A stretch of DNA of 64,000 nt from Octopus sinensis. Lineage: Eukaryota. The notes beneath the pieces are model-generated. The model did no database searches and was not told where the DNA came from. It saw only the letters and a program-made list of their open reading frames with translations. The position numbers and the translations under genes are program-made. Position 1 is the first letter of the stretch, and every line of letters starts with the position of its first letter. Shown piece by piece: positions 1-13,150 of the stretch. Location of the stretch: the NCBI RefSeq assembly GCF_006345805.1, contig NC_043017.1, forward strand, positions 6,944,001 to 7,008,000. The letters are read 5' to 3'.

Positions 1-358
1 ACAACGCCCGGTCTGGGAATCGAAACCGCGATCCTGCGACCGCGAGTCCGCTGCCCTAACCACTAGGCCATTGCGTGAGGAAAGGACGGGAAATAAAGAA
101 AGAAAAGGTGTGAGGCTGAACAATAGACAGAGGAACTATAAATGGTTAGGACGACGAGGGTTCCAGTTCATTCGATCAACAGAACAGCCCGCTCGTGAAC
201 TTAACTTTCAAGCGGTTGAGCACTCCACAGATATCTGCCCTTAACCTAGTTCCCAGGGAGATTCAGCGTGACACAGAATCTGACAAGGCCGGCCCTTTGA
301 ATTACTGGTACAGCACATTTTTGCCAGCTGAGAGGTCTTGAGGAACGTGAAACAGTTG

Positions 359-698
359 GCACTCCGTCGGTTACGACGACGACGAGGGTTCCAGCTGATC
401 CGATCAACGGAACAGCCCGCTCGTGAAATTAACGTGCAAGTGGCTGAGCACTCCACAGACACACATACGCTTAACATAGTTCTCAGGGAGATTCAGCGTA
501 ACACAGAATGTGACAAGGCCGGCCGGCCCTTCGAATTACAGGTACAATTCATTTTTGCCAGCTGAGTGGAGTGGAGTTGGAGTGGAGCAATGTGAAATAA
601 AGTGTCTTGCTCAAGGATACAGCGCGTCGCCGGGAATTGAACTCACGATCTTACGATCTTGAGCCGAATGCCCTAACCACTAAGCCACGCGCCTTCAC
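359..698 (-). mobile_element. tRNA-derived SINE family D, full length
   Basis: Head GAAGGCGCGTGGCTTAGTGGTTAGGG...GAGTTCAATTCCC, CCTTGAGCAAGACACTT box, tail CCCTCGTCGTCGTAACCGACGGAGTGC. Other copies at 58173-58490 and 11724-11965; fragments at 145-335 and 25500-25600. Confidence 0.85.
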
Positions 699-724
699 GC
701 GAGGAAATAACACCGGAAGGATAA

Positions 725-755
<31 letters not shown>

Positions 756-1487
756 GGATTACGTTCGCATTTCCTCGGGGCAATGATCTCCTTAATCAAG
801 TCAATAACTCGTATTCACCACTCCCTTGTTGCTTGGTGCCATAACTCTTGGCATCAATTTCGCTTCCAAACTCCTTCTCAGCACATTAGAATTCCTAAAA
901 TCAACAACAATTTCAATAAACAAGACAGAAATAAGCCGTTCGCGAACGACAGTCATTACGAGGGGAGGAGGTGTGTCTGGGGTGGAGTGTTGGAAAGGCC
1001 ACAAGAGAAAAGAAGGTCAAAGTGACCTGCAGAAATAAATATACGATGTGTTGATGACGCTGGTGGATTGGATGTCGGACAAAAATCAAATGGTGTTATT
1101 TAGTTGACATCCTTCGCGTGTTCTCCTGATTTCGAATCCCGCTCAGGGAAGTTTAACTTCATCTATCTGAGTCTATGAAATAAGTCAGTCGTCCCAGGTA
1201 CGTATCCGGGTAGATATAATTGGCTATACCTCACCTGACCACCAGCACCAGTTATAAAAAAAAATAGGACTCCTTTTGGTAATCATTATTTATGTTTTTT
1301 TTGTTTTTTGTTTGTGTTTTATACAAGATGGTGAGCTGGCAGAATCGTTAATGCGTCGAACAAAATGCTTAGGGGCATTTCATCCGTCTTTACTTTGCCT
1401 TTCATCCTTTTGGGGTCGATAAATTAAGTACCAGTGAAACACTGGAGTCGATGTAATCGACGATTTCCCTCCCACGAAATTTCAGGC

Positions 1488-1540
<53 letters not shown>

Positions 1541-3026
1541 TATTATTATTAAAGGCAACGAGCTGGCAGAATCGTTAGCGCACCGTTCTAAGTTCAAATT
1601 CCTCCGGGATCGGCTTTGCCTTTCGTCCTTTTGGGGTCGATAAAATAAGTACCAGTTGAACACTGGGATCGATATAATCGATTTACTCCTCCCCCAAATC
1701 TGCTGGCCTCGCACCAAAATTTAAAACCATTATTATTAGTAAAGGCGGCGAGCTGGTAGATTCGTTAGCACATCGGAAGAAAATGCTTAGCGGCATTTCA
1801 TTCGTCATTACGTTCCGAGTTCAAATTCCGCCGAGGTCGATAAAATAAGTACCAGCTGAATACTGGAGTCCATATAATCGACTGACTCTCTCCCCACAAA
1901 ATTCTTGACCTTCTACCCAAATTAGAAAGAGTTATCTGTTTTGTTTACTTATGTTTATTGTCACGAAAAATGAACTTTAGTTTAGCATATTACATGGTGG
2001 ATTCAAGAGGGCGTGAATAGGACACAACATCGTCATAAAAGATACAACATAGTGGATATAAGATACAGCATGCTGGTTGTAAAATATAACATGCTGTCGA
2101 TGTTTATGCTGGTGTAGTGGGGGAGTATCATAGCTATGTGTTGAGAGGGATTCTTTGGGGTTTGAATCAATGTAACGAAAGCGAAGTTTGAAGGAAATAT
2201 TAGCAATTTTTCATATTTTCTAGGGGTAAGTAAATAGGAAATAACAGTCGCTACCCAAGGACAAAAATCACATTATACAGTGTAATTATTACACTGTATA
2301 CTCCCCCACTACTCCTGCTCATGATCAGAAGTGCACATATCGTCAGCCACTAAAGGGATATGCTCAATTGGTTAAGGTGAAGCAACTGACAAGCAAATCT
2401 GTGGTATTTACCAGAATATTTGCGATACTTCTGCTTCAGCGACTCAGCGCTGAATCTGTCTGAAATGTTATGGAAAATAGGTCAATTTTAAAACATTGTT
2501 GTCCAGGTGACAAAAGCAGGGTTTAAAGGGTGCATATCTATGTGACTAACTTCCTCAGTCTCAGTTTTGAATAGCTTAGTTTCATAAAACTGGACAGAAC
2601 ACACATAATCAGTGGTTTACGGTTTCAAGCTGTCAGAGGTCCTGTAAAAGTATGTTCAAACACTCAACATATTTAGAATGTGATAAGATCCACATGTACA
2701 ATGATATGTATGCCTCTGCTCACGTGCATGTTTACATGCATGCATACATATATACCCAAAATATACATACATACACGCATCTATACATGCATGTATATAT
2801 ATATATATCTAAAACATACAGACAGACAGACGTCAGTGCCTACGAATAAATTAAGAAATCTCATTTTTATACTAGAAACCGAGTTTTGCAAAGTAATTCG
2901 AACACCAGAAGCGAAAATAGATATATAAATTCAGACAGACAGACATATATATATATAATCATACATACATACATACATACATACATACATACATACACAC
3001 ACACCATACATACATACATACATACA

Positions 3027-3059
<33 letters not shown>

Positions 3060-3836
3060 GTAGAAACATACATATTCACACACACACACGTTCAAACACA
3101 TCTGATAAGATATTTTCTCCGGGGAACAAGAAACCTATAAAAGGAGAAACACATCCTTGTTACGAGGACCCTTTTTTTTTCTTCTTTATTATTGCCCCCA
3201 GAGTAAATGGATCCAAACGACTTCCATAGAAATGGCAATTCGTTATCTTCTGTCCTAACACATTACGCTTTACGTTGTGACATTTGGGTGTCATCGCCGC
3301 CATCTCCTTCGTCGTCGTCGTCGTCGTCGTATCATCGTCGCCGCCGCAGAGGTGGTGGAGGTGCTGGTGGTTGTTTGTGGTGGTCGTCGTCGTCGACGTC
3401 TTCGTCCTCTTGATGATGGTATTACAGCCATCAGTTTAATGCTGTTTTTTTCTTTTTTGGATAGTCTTTTTGTTTTGAGGCATAGTGTATCTAGAACTAG
3501 TGGAGGCGCAATGGCCCAGTGGTTAGGGCAGTGGACTCGCGGTCATAGGATCGTGGTTTCGATTCCCAGACCGGGCGTTGTGAGTGTTTATTGAGCGAAA
3601 ACACCTAAAAGCTTTTAGAGTTTTCAGTTATTTGACTGTGGCCATGCTGGAGCACCGCCTTTAGTCGAACAAATCGATCCCAGGACTTATTCTTTGTAAA
3701 CCTAGTACTTATCCTATCGGTTTGTTTTGCCGAACCGCTAAGTTACGGGGACGTTAACACACCAACATCAATTGTCAAGTGATGAGGACAAACCACACAC
3801 ATCAACACACCCACACACACACACAACACACACACA

Positions 3837-3914
<78 letters not shown>

Positions 3915-3918
<4 letters not shown>

Positions 3919-4120
3919 ATCCAAACAAGAAAGCACAAAAAAAACACAACAACGCGAGGTCGTGGGAACAAAATAGTATTATTGGACGCTCAAGAAAGAA
4001 GGAAAGAAGGAGGGTTAAACGTTTCGAGCGGAGCTCTTCGCGGGAACATAGGAGAAGGAATGATCCAGAGAAGGGAAGACAGAGGAAAAAAATCGCCAAC
4101 GGTACACACGCGGTCACATT
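3915..4120 (-). mobile_element. Related short element with a degenerate hammerhead-like motif (about 4012-4048)
   Basis: Retains GAAGAGC-tcc-GCTC-GAAACGTT but the CUGANGA core is damaged; same layout next to (TA)n. Confidence 0.35.
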
Positions 4121-4334
4121 TTATACGACGGGCTTCTTTCAGTTTCCGTCTACTAAATCCACTCACAGGCTTTGATCGGCTCGAGGCTATAGTAGAAGGC
4201 ACTTGCCCAAGGGGCCGTGCAGTAGGACTGAACCAGGAACCATGTGGCTGGGAAGCAATCTTCCTACTATACAGCCATGGATTTGTGAAGACTTTTTTTC
4301 AGCTTCAATAAAATGTGTACAACACACGCACAGA

Positions 4335-4404
<70 letters not shown>

Positions 4405-4420
4405 ATATATATATATATAT

Positions 4421-4457
<37 letters not shown>

Positions 4458-4799
4458 TGTATCTATATATATATATATTATAATATATATATGAAAAAAT
4501 CAACGAAAATGCACATTGCAAATAAACAAAGGGCTTTTTATGACAGGTAACGATAAATATATCAATTAGATGGACTGAGGTAGTTCATAAGAGTCGTTAT
4601 TATGAGATGATATAAGATGATAATAATAAGTAAGAAAACAAAGTGAACCATGGTTCGGCGTCGTCGTTACCTCAAAAAAAGCCTTTTTTTATTTGCAATG
4701 TGCATTTCGTTTTGATTATTTCCACGTGAATTTTATATTTTCTTTTGTAACATATTTCTACTGTATTTTAATTTTCTTTTTTGTAACATATTTCTACTA

Positions 4800-4830
<31 letters not shown>

Positions 4831-4834
4831 ATAT

Positions 4835-4865
<31 letters not shown>

Positions 4866-5460
4866 GTTTTTGATTTTCACTCTCGATGAATTTATCCCTT
4901 TTTTGTGTCCCTGCACTTGGCATCCTTATTGGGGAGCCTTAATTAATTTCTATATGAATAAATTTCTATATGAACTATATTTTGTCTAATGACTAATTCG
5001 TCTTTTGTGCTGCGGCCACTGATAACAACAATCTATGTTATTACCCTTTTTTTTGAATATATATATATATATATATATACAATCCCGTCGCATTAACAAA
5101 AGAATGTGGGTTCGCATCCCACGCGTACGGGACCCTACTTTTTTCTGACAGTCTGTCTGTCTGTCCTCCACCCCCTAACCCGCTCCCCTGCTACTTCGTC
5201 TCCTTTGACCTTTCCACCAACCTTACACCCTCCAGCGAAGCAAGCCGTCTTCAAATCCCTCCTACAACATCAACATAAACAACATCAACCGTCGCCATTA
5301 TGTGCTGCTGTTTTACCTACAGCAAAGTCCCTGCGATGATGGTTGCGGAGAAGGTCAACTTGCCTGCGTAGAAATCGCACCACCCACATAGGTCAACAAC
5401 AACAAAAATCTTCTTCTCTCTCCCTTACTCTATCAATCGCACCCTCCTCTCCCTCCCTCC

Positions 5461-5511
<51 letters not shown>

Positions 5512-5634
5512 CCGTTCCCCTCCGCCATCCTCTAGTTTCACTAGATTCCTGCTCACAATTGACAATAAAAGCCTCTTGACCTTCGCTTTGGTTTTGTGAA
5601 GGAAAGCTGGGTATATTCCTCTCGCCTTCTCTCT

Positions 5635-5666
<32 letters not shown>

Positions 5667-5914
5667 AATTATCTCTCTATCGCTATCGTTCCCTTTCTCT
5701 TTCTCTGTCTTCTCTTTCTCTCTTTCCTTGTCTTTCTCCTTTTCTCCCTCTCCCTTTCTTCTTCTTACTCTCTCCATCTCTACTCTTGCTTCCCCCCTCT
5801 CTCACCGTTTCTCTCTCTTTCTCACCCTCTCTCCATCTCTCTCTCAATGTCTCCCATCCTCTCACTTTATCTCTCTATCCTCTCTCCCACCCACTCTCCT
5901 GTCTCTTTAATCTC

Positions 5915-6135
5915 TCTCTCCTCGTATCTCTCCCTCTCGCCTTCTCTCTCTCTCTCCTGGTATCTCTCCCTCTCGCCTTCTCTCTCACTCCTCGTATATC
6001 TCCCTCTCGCCTTCTCTCTCTCTCTCCTCGTATCTCTCCCTCTCGCCTTCTCTCTCTCTCTCTCTATCTCTATCTATCTATCTATCTATCTATCTATTTA
6101 TCTATCTGTCTATCTATCTATCTGTCTATCTATCT
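5915..6135. repeat. About 36-bp pyrimidine-rich tandem repeat (four copies) grading into (CTAT)n
   Basis: CTCGTATCTCTCCCTCTCGCCTTCTCTCTC repeated. Confidence 0.75.
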
Positions 6136-6796
6136 GTCTCACTCTCTAACAAACGACACAAACCGCATTCAGAAACCCCTCAACCGCCAACAGCGCAACT
6201 ATTGTGATCAACGTCCTTAACAGTTTTTCGCTTGTTTTCCCAAGGCCACACAAACACAGTCATCGATCGATTGTTCACCCTTCACCGTCATCTTCTACCT
6301 ACCAACCAACTAACCAACCAACAACGAAAAAAAAGCCCCTTCGTGGTACGATCGACCAACAAGAAATAGCAGCTAAAGATCTCTCTCAGAATACACCCAA
6401 CTAACTAAATCAGTGATTCTCAAATTTTCGGGGCTACTGCCCCCTCTCATGGCCACATCAGCGCCCCCACCCCTATTTTTATGCATAAATAAATATTTTA
6501 TATTTTACTAATTTATATATACAATGAATAATTTGATTTTTAATATATTATATATGTATACACTACTATAATAATATTATAATAAATTCATAGTGTCCCT
6601 TAATCCATTACCTTCTTCTCAATGCCTCCTTTTTCTCTACCACCACCACCCCCTTAGGCACCAGCGCCCACCTGGACTGTCTCAACACCCACCGGGGAGC
6701 GGTAGCGCCCACGTTGAGGACTTATGATATAAAATAAGGAAAACATTGGATAATGTTAGGCGTAAGAGTGGCTATGTGGTAAGAAGTGTGCTTCTC

Positions 6797-6830
<34 letters not shown>

Positions 6831-7157
6831 ACATATATATATATATATTATATATATATAGATATTATATATATATATATCTATATATATATATATCTAT
6901 ATATATATATAATATAAGATTGAATGAATGTGTGGTGATATCTAAGGTATGTTTGTTCCCCCAAAAAAAACACTTATTTTAGCGCTGTGGACACCGCCGG
7001 ATTGAATGGTACTGCCCAGGTGTCGAAACCATAGTGATATCCGAGAGGACAGCTGATGATGGAGGTATGTTGGATTGTTTGTATGGTTTTTATTGTATGT
7101 GCGGAATAGTTTTATAAGACATCTATTTGATGTGTGTGTGTGTGTGTGTGTGTGTGC

Positions 7158-7496
7158 GAAGGCGCATGGCTCATGGGTTAGAGCGTCGAGCTTACGATCG
7201 TGAGGTTTTGAGTTCGAATCCCGGACCGGGCTGCGTGTTGTGTTCTTGAGCAAGGGACACTTCATTTCACATTGCTCCAGTTCACTCAGATGTAGAAATG
7301 AGTTGCGACGTCACAGGTGGCAAGCTGTATCGGCCCCTTTGCCTTTCTCTTGGATAACACAGGTGGCGTGGAGACGAGTGGCCGGTATGCATGGGCGACT
7401 GTTGGTTTTCCATAAACAACCTTGCCCGGACTTGTGCCTCGGAGGGTAAGTTTCTAGGTGCAATCCCACGATCAGTCATGACCGAAAGGGGGGTCT
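7158..7496 (+). mobile_element. tRNA-derived SINE family E (D-type head, different 3' half); second copy at 59985-60320
   Basis: Shares head and TTGAGCAAG..ACTT box with family D, then GTAGAAATGAGTTGCGA...GCATGGGCGACTG...GGTGCAATCCC. Confidence 0.8.
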
Positions 7497-7629
7497 ACAT
7501 ACATACATACGACGGTCTTCTTTCAGTTTCCATCTACCAAATCCGCTCAAAAGACACTTGCCCAAGGTGCAGTGGAACTGAACCTGGGACCATGTGGTTG
7601 GAAAGCAAAATTCTTACCACAGAGCCACA

Positions 7630-8200
7630 TCTTTTTGCAATTACCATTTTTCTATTGAGAAAATTGCCAAAGAATTTAAGTGTTTCTGTCTTGGATGACC
7701 TTAAATATGTCCTTATAAGCTTTTAGTACACTTGATCTGCTCTCTCTCCTCATCCATGGCCAACAGTTATAAATATTGTATACCTTAATTTTAATGCAAA
7801 CCACAGGTTTTGCATGATATCCTGTAACCTGTTACCGCTGATGAATCTAACGGTTTCTATCAAAAGCTTTGCATCTCCAGGAAATAATTATTTCATAATA
7901 TATCTAGTTCAGTCAAGAGACCACATCCGTTAATATCGTTATTTTCTTGCTACTTGAAACTTATCCTACAAACCTTGACATGCCAATCTGAGTTTATTTT
8001 TGTCTGACAAATCTTTTACGGTAAGTTTTTGTTTTAAATGTCCATGTTTTATTGAAGCTTTTTTAAGTCTTCATATGTCTCTGATAAAGAAATATTAGCT
8101 GTGTCGAGTAATAATATCAAACAAATGATTTTTTTTTTAAGTTTCATTCTGGGTCATCTATGTTTGGAACCACGTCAATGCACTTATATTCAAACGACCT
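7630..8200 (-). pseudogene. Degenerate hAT transposase C-terminus (dimerisation domain)
   Basis: Stop-riddled translation ...NLWFALKLRYTIFITVGHG*GERADQVY*KLIRTYLRSS...LNSLAIFSIEN, resembling the hATC pattern TVASGERSFSKLKLIKTYLRS...RLNSLAILSIE. Confidence 0.6.
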
Positions 8201-9565
8201 TGATTTGGTTGTTTTTGTTTGTTTCTTTTTGTTTTGTTTTTTGACATTTTTTTTTTTTAAATAGGCTCAACATATAATTCTATAACTAATTCTTTCGCTG
8301 ACGCTTGCACCCTTTCGTTTCCAAAGACACGATATTCAGTTAGTGTTGGCGTTAGTGTTGTTATCATTTATTAATGAAATTCCGGCAGCAATTTTGGCAC
8401 AAGGTGGAGGGGGGGATTTTTTATGGGAGGAAGCAAATCGATAACATCAAATCCAGTACTTAGCTGGTCCAACGTAAACACAAAGGGATAAACGACAAAG
8501 AAAACCTCGGAGGAATTTGAGCTCAGAACATAAAAAGCCGGAAGAAATGACGTTGAAGCATTTTAGCCAAAGTGCTAATGGTTCTGTCAGAGCCCCGCCT
8601 CTGTTAGGACATAAAGTGGTTTCAAATTTTGGCACAGGAGGATTAGCCGATTACATAAACCCCAGTACACACCTGGCACTCATTTTATCGACCTCGAAAT
8701 GATGAAAGGCAAAGTCGACCACGGCGGAATTTGAACTCAGAACGTAAAGACGGACGAAATGTCGCTAAGCATTTTGTCCGACGTACTAACGGTCCTGCCA
8801 AGCTCGCCGCCTTTGTTTAGGGAATAAATTGATTTCAAATTTTGGCACAAGGCCAGCAATTTCGGGGTAGAGGTTAAGTCTACCCCGTTGCTCAACTGGT
8901 ACTTATTTTATCGACCCCGCAAAGATGAAAGACAAATCGACCACGGCGGAATTTGAACTCAGAACGTAAAGACGGACTGAATATCGCCAAGCATTTTGTC
9001 CGACGTACTAACGGTCCTGCCAGAAAGCTGCCTTTATTTCGAACTTAAATTAGCATAAAATTTTGAAGGGAGGTTTTAAAATATAAAGTTTGTATCATAG
9101 AATCCAGAGGGAGGGTCTCGGGTGAGTTGATAACAAATGAGTATAACTATATTTATCTGAATGCAATTTGATTTTTTGAGGGAGTTCAATCACATTATTT
9201 TCACCACTGAATGGAACATACATTTTTCTGGGGTTTTTTTCTTCTTTCTTTTTTCTTTTGTGGAGTATCTTTGGGAATAAAATGAAGCCAGTGAATAAGA
9301 AAATTTCAAAGGATATATAATATAGACAATAAGTGGTCAGACCGAGCCAAGTGCCTAAACAGCGACGTTATCTCCCGGGTTACAAAGATCCGTAGAAATA
9401 AGAGCTGGCTCTTCGCAATGCAGTGGTCGAGCTGATGAAGTTATAACAGAAGGAAATATGAACAGAGTCCAAAAGTATTGAAAAGGTTGCAAGACGCAGC
9501 GAAAATTTTAGAAAAATAAAAAAAGAAATAAGTGGAAATTTTACCAATGTCTTTTTATATATTTA

Positions 9566-9617
<52 letters not shown>

Positions 9618-9620
<3 letters not shown>

Positions 9621-9850
9621 CGGGAAGTTTACGAAAATAACAAAAGACGAAGGCAGGTGGAGTACAAACAAACAATTGTATTAGTATGGCGCTCAGGAAT
9701 AGAAATAGAAAAAGTCTTTTACGTTTCGAGCCTACGCTCTTCAACAGAAAGATACACAGAAAAGCAACAAGGAGGGAAAAAAAGGAGAGAAAAAACCAAG
9801 GAGAGAAAAAAATGCGTGTAGGAGTTAACGATCTATCATGGCGTCCTATA
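9618..9850 (-). mobile_element. Short non-autonomous Penelope-like/retrozyme-like element carrying a hammerhead motif
   Basis: About 230 bp between (TA)n tracts; homologous to 58512-58690 and more distantly to 3915-4120. Confidence 0.5.
9715..9752 (-). ncRNA. Minimal type I hammerhead ribozyme-like motif (A6U core variant)
   Basis: Minus strand UCUUU-CUGUUGA-A-GAGC-guag-GCUC-GAAA-CG-UA-AAAGA: 5-bp stem I, 4-bp stem II, palindromic ACGU stem III, GUA cleavage triplet. Confidence 0.6.
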
Positions 9851-10284
9851 TATATATTACATACATATAAGAGGGATGACCACTAAGTGGACGTCCATTA
9901 TGCTAGAAATCGACCCCCTATGGTCTTACCACTAAAAAAGGAATGTTCTCAAGAAAATTTAGCGACTTCCGATATATATATATATAAAATAAAGCCGGAG
10001 TGAGAGGTGAAGGCAGAGGAGATAAATAGCAAAGAGAGCGTCGTATGAATGAGAAAGGAAGGGGTGATAGATGAATAACGAAGGAAGGAGTGAAAAAGCT
10101 GATAAACGGCGTTTGAAGTGTGTGTGTGTGTGTAAAAGAGAGGTATGTTTGCGTGCGTGTGTGTATGTGTATAATGGAAATGGGATGGTAATGTTCAACG
10201 TTGAAAATGTGTGAGTACATGTGTGTATGTGTGTGCGTATACAAGAGAACTATACGAAACTTTGCATATACATGTAAAGTCTTT

Positions 10285-10460
10285 CTCTATCCGCTCAGTC
10301 GAAGTCGACTCTCGGTCACTCGATGGATCAGTGTCCTCCCGTCAGTTCTATCCCGGGCCGCTTCTTTCAGATTGGCTATGTCCATTCCGGTATCCCTCTT
10401 GATGGTGTCAAGCCAGCGGGTTCTTGGTCGGCCTCTTCCTCTGACCATTCCGAGCATGAT
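10285..10460 (-). mobile_element. RTE (BovB-like) ORF C-terminal fragment
   Basis: IMLGMVRGRGRPRTRWLDTIKRDTG...AARDR...RVTESRLRLSG*. Confidence 0.7.
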
Positions 10461-10469
10461 GTAAAGTAA

Positions 10470-11186
10470 AGAAGATATTAAAAAAAGCCATCCAGAATCA
10501 TTGTCCGGTATCAGATCGATCCCAAAATCTAATCAGTTCGTGCCAGTCATGAGGCCAAACATCACTGAAAGTTTCATCCGAATCCATCCAGTGGTTCTTG
10601 AGATATCTTGTCCACGGATAAACCAACAAACAAACAAACACGACAGACGAAATACCTATTTCTTTACTACCCACAAGGGGCTAAACACAGAGGGGACAAA
10701 CAAGGACAGACAAACGGATTAAGTCGATTATATCGACCTCAGTGCGTAACTGGTACTTATTTAATCGACCCCCGAAAGGATGAAAGGCAAAGTCGACCTC
10801 GGCGGAATTTGAACTCAGAACGTAACGGCAGACGAAATACCGCTAAGCATTTCGCCCGGCGTGCTAACGTTTCTGCCAGCTTGCCGCCTTAAAACAATAC
10901 CTATTTCTTTATTACCCGCAAGGGGCTAAACACAGAGGGGACAAACAAGGACAGACAAACGGATTAAGTCGATTACATCGACCCCAGTGCGTAACTGGCA
11001 CTTATTTAATCGACCCCGAAAGGGTGAAAGGCAAAGTCGACCTCGGCGGAATTTGAACTCACAACGTAACGGCAGACGAAATACGGCTACGCATTTCGCC
11101 CGGCGTGCTAACGTTTCTGCCAGCTTGCCGACCTTAAAACAATACCTCCGCCTTATACCTCCGCCTTAGCGAAGGCGGAGATAACA
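10470..11186 (+). mobile_element. Helentron/DINE-like element interrupted by a SINE dimer
   Basis: aaagtttcatccgaatccatccagtggttcttgag, (ACAA)n, and terminal hairpin CTCCGCCTTAGCGAAGGCGGAG. Confidence 0.45.
10644..11132 (-). mobile_element. Head-to-tail dimer of tRNA-derived SINE family B
   Basis: A box TGGCAGAAACG, B box GAGTTCAAATTCC, central GCCTTTCATCCTTTCGGGGTCGATAAATTAAGTACCAG. Other copies at 1330-1920 (three), 8440-9030 (three), 29750-30160 (two), 31500-32050, 33590-33990, 50232-50625 and 55835-57715 (six or more). Confidence 0.85.
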
Positions 11187-12239
11187 AGCAGGCAATTGTG
11201 TTACTTAAAGACATAACGGAATTTTAAGTAGTTCGCAGTTCGTATGACTCCGTTCTTCAAAGTGTTCGGTGAGTGACAGGGACTACACGGTATGTCTAAT
11301 CACTTAAACACTTTTAATTAAAGAAGTCGCGGTGTAAATTGTCGAAAATTCCTTCACTTAACTATTTCCTCCGCTGAGCAATAATCGAGTCATCGACTTC
11401 CGATATTTTTACTGATGAATTTCAAAGGAATTTTGAATTCAATGAAATAGGAAGTAACGCCTAGCAGTAACACGATAACAGAAAATAACTGACGAAGGTG
11501 AGAGCGGGAGCCTTTACACGTTCAGCCGACAGCTGAAAATAGCAGCAACTCTTCCTCAAAACACGCCCAAACGCCGAAAGATAGAAAGACAGGAGGACAG
11601 ATCGGACGACCATGTCGTTCTGTGCATTAAAAGAAATATGATGGAGAGGAGGGGAAATCATAGATGAAAACGGTTTCATCTTAATAGGTCTGTCGGAATT
11701 TGGGCCCCCACTTTGGTTAAACACACTCCGTCGCTTACGACGATGAGGGTTCCGGTTGATCTGATCGATGAATCAGCCTGCTCGTGATATTAACATGCAA
11801 GTGGCTGAGTACTCCACAGACACGTATACCCTTAACATAGTTCTCAAGGAGCAGAATCCGACAAGGCTGACCCTTTGAATTACAGGTACAACTCGTTTTT
11901 GCCAGCTGAGTGAACTGGAGAAATGTGAAATAAAATGTCTTGCTCAAGGACACAACGCGCCGCGGGGAATTTGAACTCAGAACGTTCTGAGTTCAAATAC
12001 TGTGACTGAAAACAAAAAGACAATATTATCACAGTTAGAACGCTTTTAATCACCACAGTTCTACTCGATTAGGGCTAATCATGGACTACGCAACTACAAC
12101 AACAGCAGCAACAACAAAAACAACAACAATAACAGAAACCATATCAACAATAACAACGGCAGCAGCAATAACATCATCATCAACAACAACATGAACTAAG
12201 TTTCAATTACATCTCACAACTGACTTTTACTTGAAAAAG

Positions 12240-13150
12240 TGTGGGCACTATCGAGTGGTGTTCACGGTATCAGCGCCGTTAATTATAATAGTATTCATGA
12301 TGTCAGCTTTGTTAAATGCTGTTCACTACGTCAGCTTTGTTAACTGGTATTCAATGTATCAAGCTTCTAAACGCGAGTTCACAGTATCCGGCCTGTTAAC
12401 TGATGTTCGCATTATGCGACTTGTTAATTAGTGTTGGCAGAATCAAATCTGCTAGATACTGTTCAGGTCTGTTAACTGGTGTTCATGACATCGGGTCTGT
12501 TCACTTGTGTACACAGTATCAGGTTTGTTAGACGGTACTCACGACATCATGTTTGTTAACTGGTATTTTCTATATCAGGTTTGTTAGCTAGTGTTCACAG
12601 TATCAGGACTGTTTATTGTTCATGATATCAGCTCTGTTAACTTCTGTTTACATCATACCTATGTATTTGTGTTCACGACATCAGGTCTGTTAACTGGTAT
12701 TCACAGAATCAGGGTTGTTAACTGTTGTTTACGACATCATATCCATGTATTTATGTTCATTTCATCAGGTCTCTTAGCTGGTGTTTACGACGTTATATCT
12801 GTGTCCTCGTGTTCACCATATTATCAGGTACGTGAACATGTGTTCACCACGTCACATCTATTAGCCGGTGTTCACAACATTGTCTATTAAATAACATTCA
12901 CAACCGCACGTTTGTTAATGGATGTTCATAGTGTCAAGTCCGTTAACTGATATTTACGACCTCATATCTGTGTATTCGTATTCACGATATCAGGCCTGTT
13001 AACTGGTGTTTAAGATATCATATTGTATTCACAGTATCAAGTCTGTTAATTAATGTTTACAACATCATATATCAGTGTACTCGTGTTCACAGTGTCAGGT
13101 CTGTTAACTCGTGTTCACGACACGAGGCCAGTTAACTGGTTTCATACCTA
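12240..13150. repeat. Degenerate minisatellite, unit of about 28-30 bp
   Basis: Recurrent GTGTTCAC(A/G)(G/A)(T/C)ATCAGGTCTGTTAACTG. Confidence 0.85.

Noticed and set aside
11485-11530. CTGACGAAGG...CC hammerhead candidate and a protein-like plus-strand frame (PKRRKIERQEDR)
   Set aside because: GAAA is absent; the frame has no credible acceptor or recognisable domain.
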